A program made the translations under genes and the position numbers. Below, piece by piece: positions 20,206 through 29,659 of a stretch of 64,000 nt of DNA. The number at the start of each line of letters is the position of its first letter. The first letter of the stretch is position 1. The notes beneath the pieces are model-generated. The model saw only the letters and a program-made list of their open reading frames with translations. It was not told where the DNA came from and made no database searches. The DNA is taken from the NCBI GenBank assembly GCA_963750165.1, contig CAVVPN010000011.1, positions 288,001-352,000 of the forward strand, given 5' to 3'. The stretch is from an uncultured Gemmataceae bacterium (GTDB lineage: Bacteria; Planctomycetota; Planctomycetia; Gemmatales; Gemmataceae).

Positions 20206-21816
20206 TCACTTGCTCGCGTACGCCGCCGGCGTCAGCGTCGCCTGGACGTGCTGCACCCAGCGGTTCTGCAGATCGGCGAAACCCTGGAAACCGTAGTGCT
20301 GCGCCAGCGCCGCCTCGTAGCCCTTCTGGCCCGCATCGCGCAGGAACTGGCTGAACACCACCGGCCCCTTCTGCTTCGCCAGGAAGTCCACCAGCGCCAC
20401 ACTCTGGGCGTAGAACGCGCTGACGCGCTCGGCGGCGGGATAGTTGGGCATCTGCATCAGGTCCGACACCGGGAACGAGCCGCCACCAGGTTTCAGGCAC
20501 TTCAGCAGGTTGGCCCGGTGCCGGTCCTGCACGCCCGCAGGCTCGGACAGCACGGCCAGGCCCTCGTCGGCCCAGCGCGGCACCTGGGGGCCGCCGAACT
20601 GGCCGGCGATCACCACATGCGTCGTCTCATGCGGCAGCACCGTTTGCAGCCAGTTGAAGCTCTCGCAGTGCAGGTGAATGCGGCGCAGCACCACCTGGCA
20701 CGTCTTGCGGTCGCTCTCGATGTGCGAGTGGCCCGGCGTGCCCGGCGCCACCTTCGGATGCTGCTGCTGGTACTCCGCCGCGGTGTTGTGCAGGTAAATG
20801 TCACACTTCGTCGTCCAGTCCGCGCATTTGTCGCCGAACCATTTACGGCTCATCTCGGCCCGGGTCGTCTCGGCGACGCGGGCCACCTTCTCGGCCACTT
20901 CCGGCGACTGCTTGTGCAGCACGCGGAAATACGAACTCTCGGCCACCTGCCAGCCCTGGGCATTGCCGCCGAGGTGCTTGACCGCGACCGCCGCGGGGCC
21001 GGCCGCCTTGCCGCGGCGCTTGCTCAACTCCTGCAACAAGGATTCGCCGCGGACCTTCAGGTTCGGCAGGTTCGGCGCCAGCGCGAGCGCGGCGTGTACT
21101 TCCTGCTCCAGCTGCTCCCAGGCGCAGAGCGGCCCATTTGGCTGGTTGATGGCATCGAACACGTAGCTCAGCTTGCTGTACGCCCAACGGTCGCGGCAGC
21201 CTGCCGTACACTGCGGGTCCGCCTGGTGAGCCTGCTCGAACAGATTGCGGGCGTGCGTGTAGCGCTCCCGTTTGAACTCCTCCTCCGCCTGCGCCAGTAG
21301 CGTTAGCGCCTGCTTGCCGCCGAGGCCGGGAACGTCGGCCGGCCGCTGATTGCTGGCGTCGAAGGGCTCGGGCATGACGCCGCGCACCTTGGCCTGCCCC
21401 GGCAACCCGGAAACCAACTCGGCGGCCGTCGGCATCTTCGGGGCCTCCGGGACGGCTGTCACCCGCAAGGTCGCGTCTCGAAGCACGTTTTCGTCCAGAA
21501 TGGCCAGGCGGTTCAGGTACTTTTTCGCCTCCGCCGTCTGGTTCGTGAAATTCAGGTGCTGGACGTAGGCGTAGTAGGCCTTGCGCAGACACGCGAGATA
21601 CGCCTGGTCGCCGTTGATGAGGCTCAGCGATTCCTCCAGCACGTCCACCGCCTTACCCGGTTCCTTCTCCTTCAGGAACGCCCCGGCCTTCAACATCGCC
21701 ATCTGGATCTTCAGCGTGCTTTCCATCTTCGGAGGAGTGCCCTGAGCGCGGGCGGCGGCGGGCAGACCGGTGAGCAGCAGAACGCCGGCGAGCGGCAGCA
21801 GAGTGCGGCGGGGCAT
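20206..21816 (-). CDS. Secreted TPR-like + peptidase MA-like (zincin) protein
   Basis: AAGGAAG RBS, signal peptide, HETTH (HExxH) followed by PRWADEGLA. Confidence 0.8.
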   Translation of the reverse strand: MPRRTLLPLAGVLLLTGLPAAARAQGTPPKMESTLKIQMAMLKAGAFLKEKEPGKAVDVLEESLSLINGDQAYLACLRKAYYAYVQHLNFTNQTAEAKKYLNRLAILDENVLRDATLRVTAVPEAPKMPTAAELVSGLPGQAKVRGVMPEPFDASNQRPADVPGLGGKQALTLLAQAEEEFKRERYTHARNLFEQAHQADPQCTAGCRDRWAYSKLSYVFDAINQPNGPLCAWEQLEQEVHAALALAPNLPNLKVRGESLLQELSKRRGKAAGPAAVAVKHLGGNAQGWQVAESSYFRVLHKQSPEVAEKVARVAETTRAEMSRKWFGDKCADWTTKCDIYLHNTAAEYQQQHPKVAPGTPGHSHIESDRKTCQVVLRRIHLHCESFNWLQTVLPHETTHVVIAGQFGGPQVPRWADEGLAVLSEPAGVQDRHRANLLKCLKPGGGSFPVSDLMQMPNYPAAERVSAFYAQSVALVDFLAKQKGPVVFSQFLRDAGQKGYEAALAQHYGFQGFADLQNRWVQHVQATLTPAAYASK

Positions 21817-22079
21817 GGTGGCTTCCTTGCCTGGGGCGCGGGGAATCCTGGGACCGCCGGCGCGGGACACCGGCGGCGGACGCGACAGAACCAGGTCGTG
21901 GCGATGGCGGTGCGGGAGCCCCAGCCGATTCGGCGGGGAGGAAGCAATCCCTGGGTCTGGCTGCGGCCGGGGGCGCGGGAACGCCGACCCTTTGCGCTCA
22001 CCCTCCTGGCGGCGCAGCGGCCACAACGGCGACCAGAGTAGGGCGATCACCTGAAAAAAACAAGGGGAAGTACATTCGC

Positions 22080-22179
22080 GTGTGAGTTGGAATTGAGCGA
22101 GCGGCGCGGCGTCAGCCCGCCGGTGCTGCGCAGTACCGGCGGGCTGACGCCGCGCCGCTCGCCCAGTTCCAACTCACAC
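22080..22179. repeat. REP-like long palindrome, copy 1
   Basis: GCGAGCGGCGCGGCGTCAGCCCGCCGGT ... ACCGGCGGGCTGACGCCGCGCCGCTCGC; second copy at 24998-25066. Confidence 0.8.
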
Positions 22180-23100
22180 GGCCTGGCGCAGCACGCGCTC
22201 CAGGTAGCCGCGCATTGCCGTCCGGTCCACGCCGGTGGCCACCTCGACGTTATGCACCGGCCGCTCCCAGAGTCGCCGATCCACCACCGTCATGCCGCGC
22301 GTCAGCTCGCCGCGCGTCTCCACGTCCACGGCCATCGGTCGCGTCGTCAGCGCCGCCGGCAGCGCCACCGCGACGATGCCCACCACATCCTTCAGGTGAA
22401 AGCCCTCGATGCCATACAGGTTCGAGGTCGCCAGGACGCCTGGCGGCGTGATTTTCTGCAGGAACGTGCCGGTGCGCGACTCACCGGCGAACAGGTTCTG
22501 CAACTCCGCCGGCGCGAACAGCGCCTTGCGCGTGGTGTCCAGCGGCAGCAGTGTCACGGGAGCGCCGCACTTCAGCACTCGCCGCGCCGCCAGCGGATCA
22601 CAGGCGAAGTGGAACTCGCTGACCGGCCCGGCGTTGCCCGGCTCATCGATGCTGCCACCCACGCAGACGAAGCGCTTCACCAGCGCCGGCAGCTCCGCGT
22701 CGCGGTCCAGGGCGCGGGCCACGGCCGTCAGCGGACCCAGGCAAACAACGGTCACCTCCTTGGGGTTCAGCCGCACCAGGTCGGGGATCAGCCGGTCGGC
22801 GAGATGCGGATGATGCAGCAACGCACTGGCGAAGGCGACACCGCCCAGGCCGTTGGGGCCGTGCAGCCGGGTGCCGTCCTGGTCGTACTCGACCGGCAGC
22901 GCGGCGCCCGGCCGCGGCCAGCGCGGCGGGTCGATCTGCTCCAGGATAATCTGGATGTTGGCGGTGGCCTGCTCGGGAGGCACGTTGCCGGCCGTCGCGG
23001 CCAGGCCGAGCATGTCGATGTCCGGGTCGTTCAGTGCCAGCGCGATGGCGACAGCGCCGTCGATGCCGGGATCCGCCACGAGGATGATTTTCTGTGCCAT
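22174..23100 (-). CDS. Inosine/uridine-preferring nucleoside hydrolase family protein
   Basis: ADPGIDGA, AGNV, HGPNGLG, LGPLT, GN..PVSEF, PLDTT, TRGMTVVD. Confidence 0.88.
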   Translation of the reverse strand: MAQKIILVADPGIDGAVAIALALNDPDIDMLGLAATAGNVPPEQATANIQIILEQIDPPRWPRPGAALPVEYDQDGTRLHGPNGLGGVAFASALLHHPHLADRLIPDLVRLNPKEVTVVCLGPLTAVARALDRDAELPALVKRFVCVGGSIDEPGNAGPVSEFHFACDPLAARRVLKCGAPVTLLPLDTTRKALFAPAELQNLFAGESRTGTFLQKITPPGVLATSNLYGIEGFHLKDVVGIVAVALPAALTTRPMAVDVETRGELTRGMTVVDRRLWERPVHNVEVATGVDRTAMRGYLERVLRQAV

Positions 23101-23148
23101 GATGGAACATCCCTGGCGCGCCGCGGGAGCAGCCCGGCGCGGCCGAGG

Positions 23149-24202
23149 TTAACTCATCTCCTGGGAACAGCGCTGCAGCAACTCCAGGCCGCGCCGGGCC
23201 CGGCCGGACGCCACTGCGGCATGGGCCAGTTCGACGCCCTCCGCGGGCGTGCCGACCCGCCCCGCCGCCAGCAGGGCCGCCGCCGCGTTGGCCAGCACCA
23301 CGCTGCGCCGCCGGGCCGTCCTGCCCCGTCAGCACGCCGCGCACCGCCGCGGCGCTCGCCTCGGGACCGTCAGCGCGCAACTCATCCAGCCGGCACGGCG
23401 CCAGGCCGAAATCGGCGGCCGTCCATTCCAGAGTGCGAACTGTATCGCCACGCACTTCCCGTACCTCCGTCGGCGCCGACAGGCTGACTTCATCGAGTCC
23501 ATCGCGGCCGTGAACCACCAGGGCGTGGCGTGTGTCCAGGAGGGCGAGCGCCCCGGCCATGAGGTCAAGCAGTTCGCGACGACCAACACCCAGCAACTGA
23601 TGCGGGGCGCCGGCGGGGTTGGCCAGCGGCCCCAGGCAGTTGAACAGCGTGCTGACGCGGAGCTGGCGGCGGACGTGGGCGACGTGGCGCAGGGCGGGAT
23701 GGAAGTGCGGCGCGAAGCAGAAGGCGAGGTTGCAGCGTTCGAGGCAGCGGCGGGCGAAGCCGGCGTCGCCGTCGATCCGGACGCCCAGGGCGGCGAGCAC
23801 GTCGGCGCTGCCGCTACGGCTGGAGACGGAGCGGTTGCCGTGCTTGACCACCGGCACGCCCACGGCGGCGACGACGAAGGCGGCGGCGGTGCTGATGTTG
23901 AACGTGGCCGTGCCATCGCCGCCGGTGCCGCAGGTGTCCAGCACGCCATCGCGACCGGGCTGCCAGCCGAGCATGTGTTCGCGCAGCACCCGGGCGGCGG
24001 CGGCCAGTTCCGCGGCCGTCTCGCCCTTCATGCGCAGCGCCACGAGAAAGCCAGCGGTCTCGGCATCGGAGCACTGGCCGGTCATCATCGCGTGCAGGAC
24101 GGTGCGCAGGCGCTCCTCGGGCAGCTCGCGGCGCTCCAGCAGGGCGGCGAGCACCTCTCCGAACCAGGGCAGACCTGGCGGCGGCACGGATGCGTCTAGC
24201 AT
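23149..24202 (-). CDS. trpD: Anthranilate phosphoribosyltransferase; apparent frameshift near 23310
   Basis: DTCGTGGD, NIST, KHGNRSVSSRSGSAD, GPLANP, DGLDE; C-terminus SVVLANAAAAL...CSQEMS* in shifted frame. Confidence 0.92.
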
Positions 24203-24413
24203 GGCCAATGCGTCTCGGTCGGCGCGAATCACGGCGATCTGGATTTGTTGAGCATACCGAAAAAACCGGCCGTTGCCAATTGCCTACTTCGGAAGGCACC
24301 TGGGCGTCATCCGGTCGGGCAGCGCCGGGCGCGCCGTCGGCGGCAGGCGTTGCGGCTGGTAAACTGACGTGGTGCGGGCGGGTCGCCGGCATCCGAAACC
24401 GTGAGGTTGCATC

Positions 24414-24992
24414 ATGGCCGAGCAACGTGAGCTGCGCGACGGCGGCACACTTTACTACGACCCCGCGTTCTACGACCGGGCCGAGGCTGATCGGCTGTTG
24501 CGACTGCTGCGCGAGCAGGTGCCGTGGCGGCAGGAGCGCGGCCACATGCACCCGTTCCCGCGGCTGACCGCCTGGTTCGCCGACGCAGGCACCGACTACA
24601 CGTATTCCGGCGTCACGCATCGCGGCGAGGGCTGGACGCCGGAATTGCTGGCGATCAAGCGCCGCGTTGAGGCGGCGGCGGGCGTACCGTTCAACAGCCT
24701 GCTGCTCAACCTGTACCGCGACGGCCGCGATTCGATCGGCCTGCACACCGACGCGGAGCCGGAACTGGGGCAGAACCCTGTGGTCGCGTCGGTGTCGCTG
24801 GGGGCGGTGCGCACGTTCATCCTCAAGCACATCAAGACGCGCGACAAGCTGAGTTATCCGCTGGCCCACGGCAGCCTGCTGGTGATGGGCGGCACCTGTC
24901 AGCATTTCTGGCTGCACGGCGTGCCCAAGACCGCCGAGGCTGTCGGTGAGCGGATCAACCTGACGTTCCGCAATATCCTTCCCGCCCAGTGA
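24414..24992 (+). CDS. AlkB-family 2OG-Fe(II) dioxygenase (ALKBH2/3-like)
   Basis: NSLLLNLYRDGRDSIGLHTD, HGVPK, RINLTFR. Confidence 0.92.
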   Translation: MAEQRELRDGGTLYYDPAFYDRAEADRLLRLLREQVPWRQERGHMHPFPRLTAWFADAGTDYTYSGVTHRGEGWTPELLAIKRRVEAAAGVPFNSLLLNLYRDGRDSIGLHTDAEPELGQNPVVASVSLGAVRTFILKHIKTRDKLSYPLAHGSLLVMGGTCQHFWLHGVPKTAEAVGERINLTFRNILPAQ

Positions 24993-24997
24993 ACTCA

Positions 24998-25066
24998 GGC
25001 GAGCGGCGCGGCGTCAGCCCGCCGGTGTTGCGAGGTTACCGGCGGGCTGACGCCGCGCCGCTCGCC
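24998..25066. repeat. REP-like long palindrome, copy 2
   Basis: Same arms as 22097-22162. Confidence 0.8.
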
Positions 25067-25123
25067 GGGGCGTTCATACAATGGCCGCATTGTCGGATCG
25101 CATTCCGCTGATGGGAGGTTGTC

Positions 25124-26359
25124 GTGAACCCACTGCTCAAGGTCTGCGCCTTCGCCGGCTGTATTGCCCTGGTCGGACTGGCCGTGATCTTCAAACGCCC
25201 CGCGCCGGCTGAAGCCGACAGCGGCCCCGTCGCCCAGAAGGAGGCGCCGGCAGCCGCGCAACCGGACGCGCAACTGCAATTCGTGGTCGCGCCGTACCTG
25301 CAATACACCACGCGCGACGGCATCACGATCATGTGGGAGACGAACCACCCGGGCACGTCCGTGGTGGAGTTCAGCGAAAAAACGCCACTGACGCAGAAGA
25401 CCTCCGTGGACAAAAAGGCGACGCTGCACACCATCACACTGACGGACCTGAAGCCGCAGACGCAGTACGTCTACCGCGTCTCGACGACGACCGCCGACGG
25501 CCGCACCCTGACCAGTGCTCCCGCCAGTTTCCTGACCGCCGTCAACGAGGACAGCGCCTTCTCCTTCGCCGTGCTCGGCGACACGCAGGACAACCCGAAG
25601 ATGACCGGCATCATCGGCAAGCAGATCTGGGACCGGCGGCCGCACTTCGTCATGCACTGCGGCGACGTGGTCGAGGTCGGCCCGGAAAAGCGCCGCTGGG
25701 TGGACGAGCTGTTCAAGCCCTGCGCCGAGCTGTTCGCACACGTGCCGATGTTCCCGACCATCGGCAACCACGAACGCAACCACGCCAACTATTACAAATA
25801 CTTCACCATGCCGGCTCCGAAATACTACTACCACTACCGCTACGGCAACGCGGACTTCTTCGCCATCGACACCAACAAAAAAGTCGGTCCCAACAGCGAA
25901 CAGTACAAGTGGCTCGACCGGGAGCTGGCGAAGTCAAACGCGAAATGGAAGTTCGTCTACCACCACCACCCGGCGTGGTCGTCGGATGCGGACGACTACG
26001 GCGACGCCAGGAAGGGCAAGAGCCGGCTGGGCGATCTCAACGTCCGCAACCTGGTGACGCTGTACGAAAAGCACAAGGTGGACATCGTCTTCAACGGCCA
26101 CATTCATCTGTACGAGCGCACCTGGCCGATCCGCGGCGGCAAGGTGGACCGGCAGAACGGCATCATCTACATCACTTCGGGAGGCGGCGGCGGTCGGTTG
26201 GAGGACGTGGGACCGGTGCCGACGTGGTTCAAGGCACAGGTGCGCGTGGACTATCATTACTGCTACATCAACATCCACGGCGGTCGCCTGGAGTTTCGCG
26301 TCTTCGACCACCGCGGTTATCTGTTCGACTGCTTCGACCTGGACAGGGACCGCAAATAA
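25124..26359 (+). CDS. Purple acid phosphatase-like metallophosphoesterase with FN3-like N-domain
   Basis: GDTQ, GDVV, GNHE, HHP, GHIH motifs; signal anchor. Confidence 0.9.
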   Translation: MNPLLKVCAFAGCIALVGLAVIFKRPAPAEADSGPVAQKEAPAAAQPDAQLQFVVAPYLQYTTRDGITIMWETNHPGTSVVEFSEKTPLTQKTSVDKKATLHTITLTDLKPQTQYVYRVSTTTADGRTLTSAPASFLTAVNEDSAFSFAVLGDTQDNPKMTGIIGKQIWDRRPHFVMHCGDVVEVGPEKRRWVDELFKPCAELFAHVPMFPTIGNHERNHANYYKYFTMPAPKYYYHYRYGNADFFAIDTNKKVGPNSEQYKWLDRELAKSNAKWKFVYHHHPAWSSDADDYGDARKGKSRLGDLNVRNLVTLYEKHKVDIVFNGHIHLYERTWPIRGGKVDRQNGIIYITSGGGGGRLEDVGPVPTWFKAQVRVDYHYCYINIHGGRLEFRVFDHRGYLFDCFDLDRDRK

Positions 26360-26411
26360 CCGGCGCGCTTTCCGTAGTGCAGGTGGCCCGCACTACGGAA
26401 AGCGCATCGGG

Positions 26412-26525
26412 TTATTTGCACTTGGGCGGGATGCCGACGCTCTTGTGCGTCTTGGTGCGGCGTTCGAGCTTGCGCTTCATGATGCGCTTTTTGGAGGCCT
26501 GGGTTCGCGGTCGCAGGCGTGGCAT
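26412..26525 (-). CDS. 37-aa highly basic small protein MPRLRPRTQASKKRIMKRKLERRTKTHKSVGIPPKCK
   Basis: AAGGAA RBS before ATG 26525, host-like codons, TAA stop followed by hairpin TTCCGTAGTGC..GCACTACGGAA; below ORF-track cutoff. Confidence 0.7.
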   Translation of the reverse strand: MPRLRPRTQASKKRIMKRKLERRTKTHKSVGIPPKCK

Positions 26526-26621
26526 GGGTCATTCCTTTTTGCTAATGGGTCAATGTCAGGGTAGCTTCCTATTTTGGCGATGAGGCGGCGAAATTCAAGG
26601 GGTGTTCCCGGAGGGAAGGCG

Positions 26622-27122
26622 ATGTCCGAGGTGGCTCTGCTCCGCACGCAGATCGCGTTCGCTCGCAACTACACGGAGCGGTTGCTGGCGAGCATTGACC
26701 CGCACGACTGGTTCCGCCAGCCGGCGGAGGGTGTCACTCATGTCGCCTGGCAGGTCGGCCACCTGGCGGTGGCGGAATACCGCCTCGCCCTGGACCGCCT
26801 CCGCGGCCCGCAGCCCGGCGACGCGGCGCTCATCTCCGAGGCGTTCGTGGCCACGTTCGGCTATAACTCGGTCCCGGAGCCGGACCCGGCGAAGAACCCG
26901 CCCCCCGCCGAGATCCGCGCCGTGTTCGACCGCGTCCACCGCCAGACGCTGCAAGAGCTGGAGCACCTGGCCGAGAGCGAACTGGACGGGCCGATCCTGA
27001 AGCCGCACCCCCTGGCGAAGAACAAGCGCGAAATCCTGACCTGGTGTTCGCATCACGAGATGCTGCACGCCGGGCACATCGGGTTGCTGCGGCGGCTGCT
27101 CGGGCACAAGCCGCTGTGGTGA
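26622..27122 (+). CDS. DinB/DUF664 family protein
   Basis: HVAWQVGHLA and HEMLHAGHI metal-binding His pattern. Confidence 0.85.
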   Translation: MSEVALLRTQIAFARNYTERLLASIDPHDWFRQPAEGVTHVAWQVGHLAVAEYRLALDRLRGPQPGDAALISEAFVATFGYNSVPEPDPAKNPPPAEIRAVFDRVHRQTLQELEHLAESELDGPILKPHPLAKNKREILTWCSHHEMLHAGHIGLLRRLLGHKPLW

Positions 27123-27157
27123 ACGGCCGGCGAGTGTGGCGAAAATGCAAAGGGCCA

Positions 27158-27186
27158 TTGAGGGCGCGGCGCTCGGGCTGTATGAT
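27158..27186 (+). promoter_or_regulatory. Sigma70-like promoter for tRNA-Arg
   Basis: TTGAGG-17nt-TATGAT, 10 nt upstream of tRNA start. Confidence 0.6.
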
Positions 27187-27232
27187 ACTCCCAGATGCGC
27201 CCGTAGCTCAGGGGATAGAGCATCGGTTTCCT

Positions 27233-27930
27233 AACTAAATTGGGCACTGCGAGGGGAAACCACGCAGTGAATGTGACCTGATCAGGAAAACCTACAGTTG
27301 CAGCAGTCCGTGATCGAATTCCCAGTGGCAGTTCGGACAGAGCCCGACCAGATTGTCGAGGGAGTTCACAACCGAAATGGGTGTTTCGAGGGGAAAGGTC
27401 GTCAGCGACCGTTTATGACAGACTTCGATGTGTTTGTCATACCCACAGCGCGAACACCGGTAAGGGAAAGCCGAGAGGTAGTGGCGACGAGCGTCCTGTC
27501 TCAGGCGTGCGTATCGACAGGCTGAATGGTCGGATCCATCAGCAACGGTACGAATCGGTTGTGATCGATCAAGTGGCCTGGGGCGGTGTTCGGGGCAATA
27601 CTTGTTCCGTCTGGGAACAGGAGTGCTGCAAACCGAACAACTACCGGCAAGCCTCCGTTTGGGAGCCAGGACATTGTTCCGCTTGGCGGCACAGGACCGC
27701 GAGCAGAACTTCGGATTCCTGGTCTGCCGACCGCAAACCGGACATGCAGCCACGGCAATCCTGAGCAAGCGTTGGTTTGGATCGGTTGCTTCTTGCATGG
27801 AGCCTCCAGTAATCCAAGCCGATTGTTTGTGCAGAGACTGTACGGTCGCCACCTAAATCAGGACGATAGGGTGAAGATACAGTCCAGCCCACGAACGCTC
27901 CAGAGCGGCGAGGAAACTCGTAGTGGGAAG
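27233..27930 (+). ncRNA. Group I self-splicing intron (IC3-like), 698 nt
   Basis: U before 5' splice site, terminal G; P1 CCTAA/TTGGG with U-G pair; P2 CACTGCG/CGCAGTG with GAAA loop; P3 GTGACC/GGTCGC; P4 TCAGGA/TCCTGA; P7 GACTG/CAGTC; P8 CACCTA/TAGGGTG; P9 CCCAC/GTGGG. Confidence 0.92.
27292..27798 (-). CDS. Intron-encoded HNH endonuclease with N-terminal zinc ribbons (168 aa), antisense to the intron
   Basis: GGAGG RBS before ATG 27798; CPVC..FCSRSC, CSVC..YCPEH, CSRCGY..EVCH..NLVGLCPNCHWEFD. Confidence 0.88.
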   Translation of the reverse strand: MQEATDPNQRLLRIAVAACPVCGRQTRNPKFCSRSCAAKRNNVLAPKRRLAGSCSVCSTPVPRRNKYCPEHRPRPLDRSQPIRTVADGSDHSACRYARLRQDARRHYLSAFPYRCSRCGYDKHIEVCHKRSLTTFPLETPISVVNSLDNLVGLCPNCHWEFDHGLLQL

Positions 27931-28075
27931 AAACCGAGGGTCGCAGGTTCAAATCCTGCCGGGCGTAATGACTTACGTAAAATCAAGAACGCAACTCCAA
28001 CCGAGACAACCCCATGACCGTGGGGCTACCTCGGCTGTCCTCATCCAACCAGGTTCCGTCCGCAAACGTTGTCAG

Positions 28076-28306
28076 TAGAGCATTTCGCAGTCGCGTGGAC
28101 CACGAACGGAAGGACGGCGCTCCCGAGCACTGCTGTAAAGGTCTTTGGCCTCGGGAAAAGATTGCCTCACAAGGACTTGGAGCGGTTCCAGCGCGGTTCT
28201 CACACGGGTGGTGGGACGGCGGGCTCGGCCTGACCTCCAGCGGCCTGTGCTGCCACAGCAAGGACGCCAAGAACGCCAAGGACGCCAACTTTTTCATACG
28301 TCGAGA
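28076..28306 (+). repeat. MITE-family remnants: inverted right end (28076-28106) and left end plus 55-bp core (28178-28306)
   Basis: TCGCAGTCGCGTGGACCACGAA is the reverse complement of the 3' module of the other copies; core at 28252-28306. Confidence 0.65.
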
Positions 28307-28346
28307 TTGCCGGCAGTGGCAGGGCGGAAGCCTCTTCATTGTGCTG

Positions 28347-29342
28347 CTACAGGTGTCCGGCGAAAGAGTAGGTCAGTGCCTTGATCGAGTCCTGCATGTG
28401 CGCCTTGTACAACTGCTTGCACTCGTCCGAGAGCGCCGAGCGCTCGAGCAGCGCCAGCACGGCGTTTTCCCTGTCAATGAAGGCCCGCATGATCCGGGCG
28501 AAGCGCCGTTCGCGCAGCCCCAGGCGCCGGGCCAGTTCCTGGAAGTCGTCGTAAGCGTAAAAGGCATTCGCCTTGAAGCTCTCCGTCTCGAAATCATCTT
28601 TGAACAGCCCCAGGGCGGTCCTGGACTCGTTCGGCACGTGCAGCCGGGTGTTCAACAAGTCATACGCCGGCGTCAGGGTGTAGTCGCCGTACTGGTCGTT
28701 GCGGATCAGCGAGAAGTTCTTGAGGTGCGCGTCCCCGTTGTGGCTGAAATAGTTGAACACCACCAGCTGGAAGAACCGCTCCAGGACCACCGGAGAAGCG
28801 GCGACGTGCTTGCGGATCAGGTCGCCGATGGCCTCGTAAGAGAAATCGTACTTGTAGTTCTGTCCGTGCAACTCCTCGGTGCGCTGGGCAATCTGGGCGA
28901 AATCTTCCTGCATTGAGCGCGTCCCGTCTTCCTGGACATCGAACCGCCGCGCCAGGTATGCCAGTTCCCCGTCGGCGAAGGCCACCAGCGCGTTTTCGGC
29001 GACGGCGATGCCGAACACCTGTCGCGCGATCTGCATCGTCAGGTGCTCGTTGACGGGAACGGCGTCCAGGCGCTGGAACACTCCGAGCGGGACCGGCTTG
29101 AGGATGTACTGGCCTCCGGCCTCGGTCATTTCCAGGCGCCCATCACGCAAGACCAGCGACATTTTGCTTTGCATGCCCGAGATGGACAGCCGTGCCGTCG
29201 GGTTCTCAAGTTTGGCCTGGTTGAAGGCCGGGCGTGAGAACGTCAGCACATGAGAGACCTTTTTCCCGCCGAATAATCGTTTCCGGCATGGCGGACAGAA
29301 CGTGTCCCGTCCTTCTTTCAGGCACCCTGGGCAATTGCTCAT
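28347..29342 (-). CDS. HipA-family kinase toxin (HipT-like, lacking the N-terminal subdomain)
   Basis: SISGMQSK, YILKP, NEHLTM, RRFD, QEDF, NGDAHLKNFS, LTPAYDLL; ATGA overlap with upstream gene. Confidence 0.92.
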   Translation of the reverse strand: MSNCPGCLKEGRDTFCPPCRKRLFGGKKVSHVLTFSRPAFNQAKLENPTARLSISGMQSKMSLVLRDGRLEMTEAGGQYILKPVPLGVFQRLDAVPVNEHLTMQIARQVFGIAVAENALVAFADGELAYLARRFDVQEDGTRSMQEDFAQIAQRTEELHGQNYKYDFSYEAIGDLIRKHVAASPVVLERFFQLVVFNYFSHNGDAHLKNFSLIRNDQYGDYTLTPAYDLLNTRLHVPNESRTALGLFKDDFETESFKANAFYAYDDFQELARRLGLRERRFARIMRAFIDRENAVLALLERSALSDECKQLYKAHMQDSIKALTYSFAGHL

Positions 29343-29659
29343 GGGACTTCCTGCACGGTAACACCGCCGACGGTCTCGGCGGCGCACGTCCGCAACAGAC
29401 GCATGAAATGATCGTTCTCGTCGATTCGGAGCAGTCGGCATTGCAGCGCCTTTTCGTCCCCTTCCGCCAGGAGCCCATAAAAGAAGGGGAACAACACGGC
29501 GGATTCAAAGGCCGCCTCTTGCTTGGGGAAGGATAGGCTGATGGCAGGACACTGGGGACTGCGCACATAATCGGGGGCGTACTGGAAGCGGTATCCCCTG
29601 GGGGACTTCTCCAGAACCCCCGCCAGCCTGCTCCGACAATACACGTTAGCCCGGCGCAT
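29339..29659 (-). CDS. HipA N-terminal domain protein (Couple_hipA / HipS-like)
   Basis: LAGVL..YRFQY..AISLSFP..LFPFFYGLLAEG..VGGVTV. Confidence 0.88.
   Translation of the reverse strand: MRRANVYCRSRLAGVLEKSPRGYRFQYAPDYVRSPQCPAISLSFPKQEAAFESAVLFPFFYGLLAEGDEKALQCRLLRIDENDHFMRLLRTCAAETVGGVTVQEVP

Larger units (their letters stand above)
27197..27967 (+). tRNA. tRNA-Arg(CCU) split by an intron: exon 1 27197-27232, exon 2 27931-27967; no encoded CCA
   Basis: Joined exons form a full cloverleaf: GCGCCCG/CGGGCGT acceptor, GCTC/GAGC D arm, TCGGT-TTCCTAA-ACCGA anticodon arm, GCAGG-TTCAAAT-CCTGC T arm. Confidence 0.95.

Noticed and set aside
22643..24232. 529-aa extended TrpD overlapping the nucleoside hydrolase
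   Set aside because: Result of a single-base shift; the normal TrpD C-terminus is in the adjacent frame ending at 23149
27233..27930. Integrative element that split the tRNA with an att duplication
   Set aside because: No duplicated tRNA segment and no integrase; the insert has group I intron structure and exact splice junctions
27968..27985. TGACTTACGTAA after the tRNA and GCAAGTCCTT near 30045 as island attachment sites
   Set aside because: Too short and imperfect to support without comparative data
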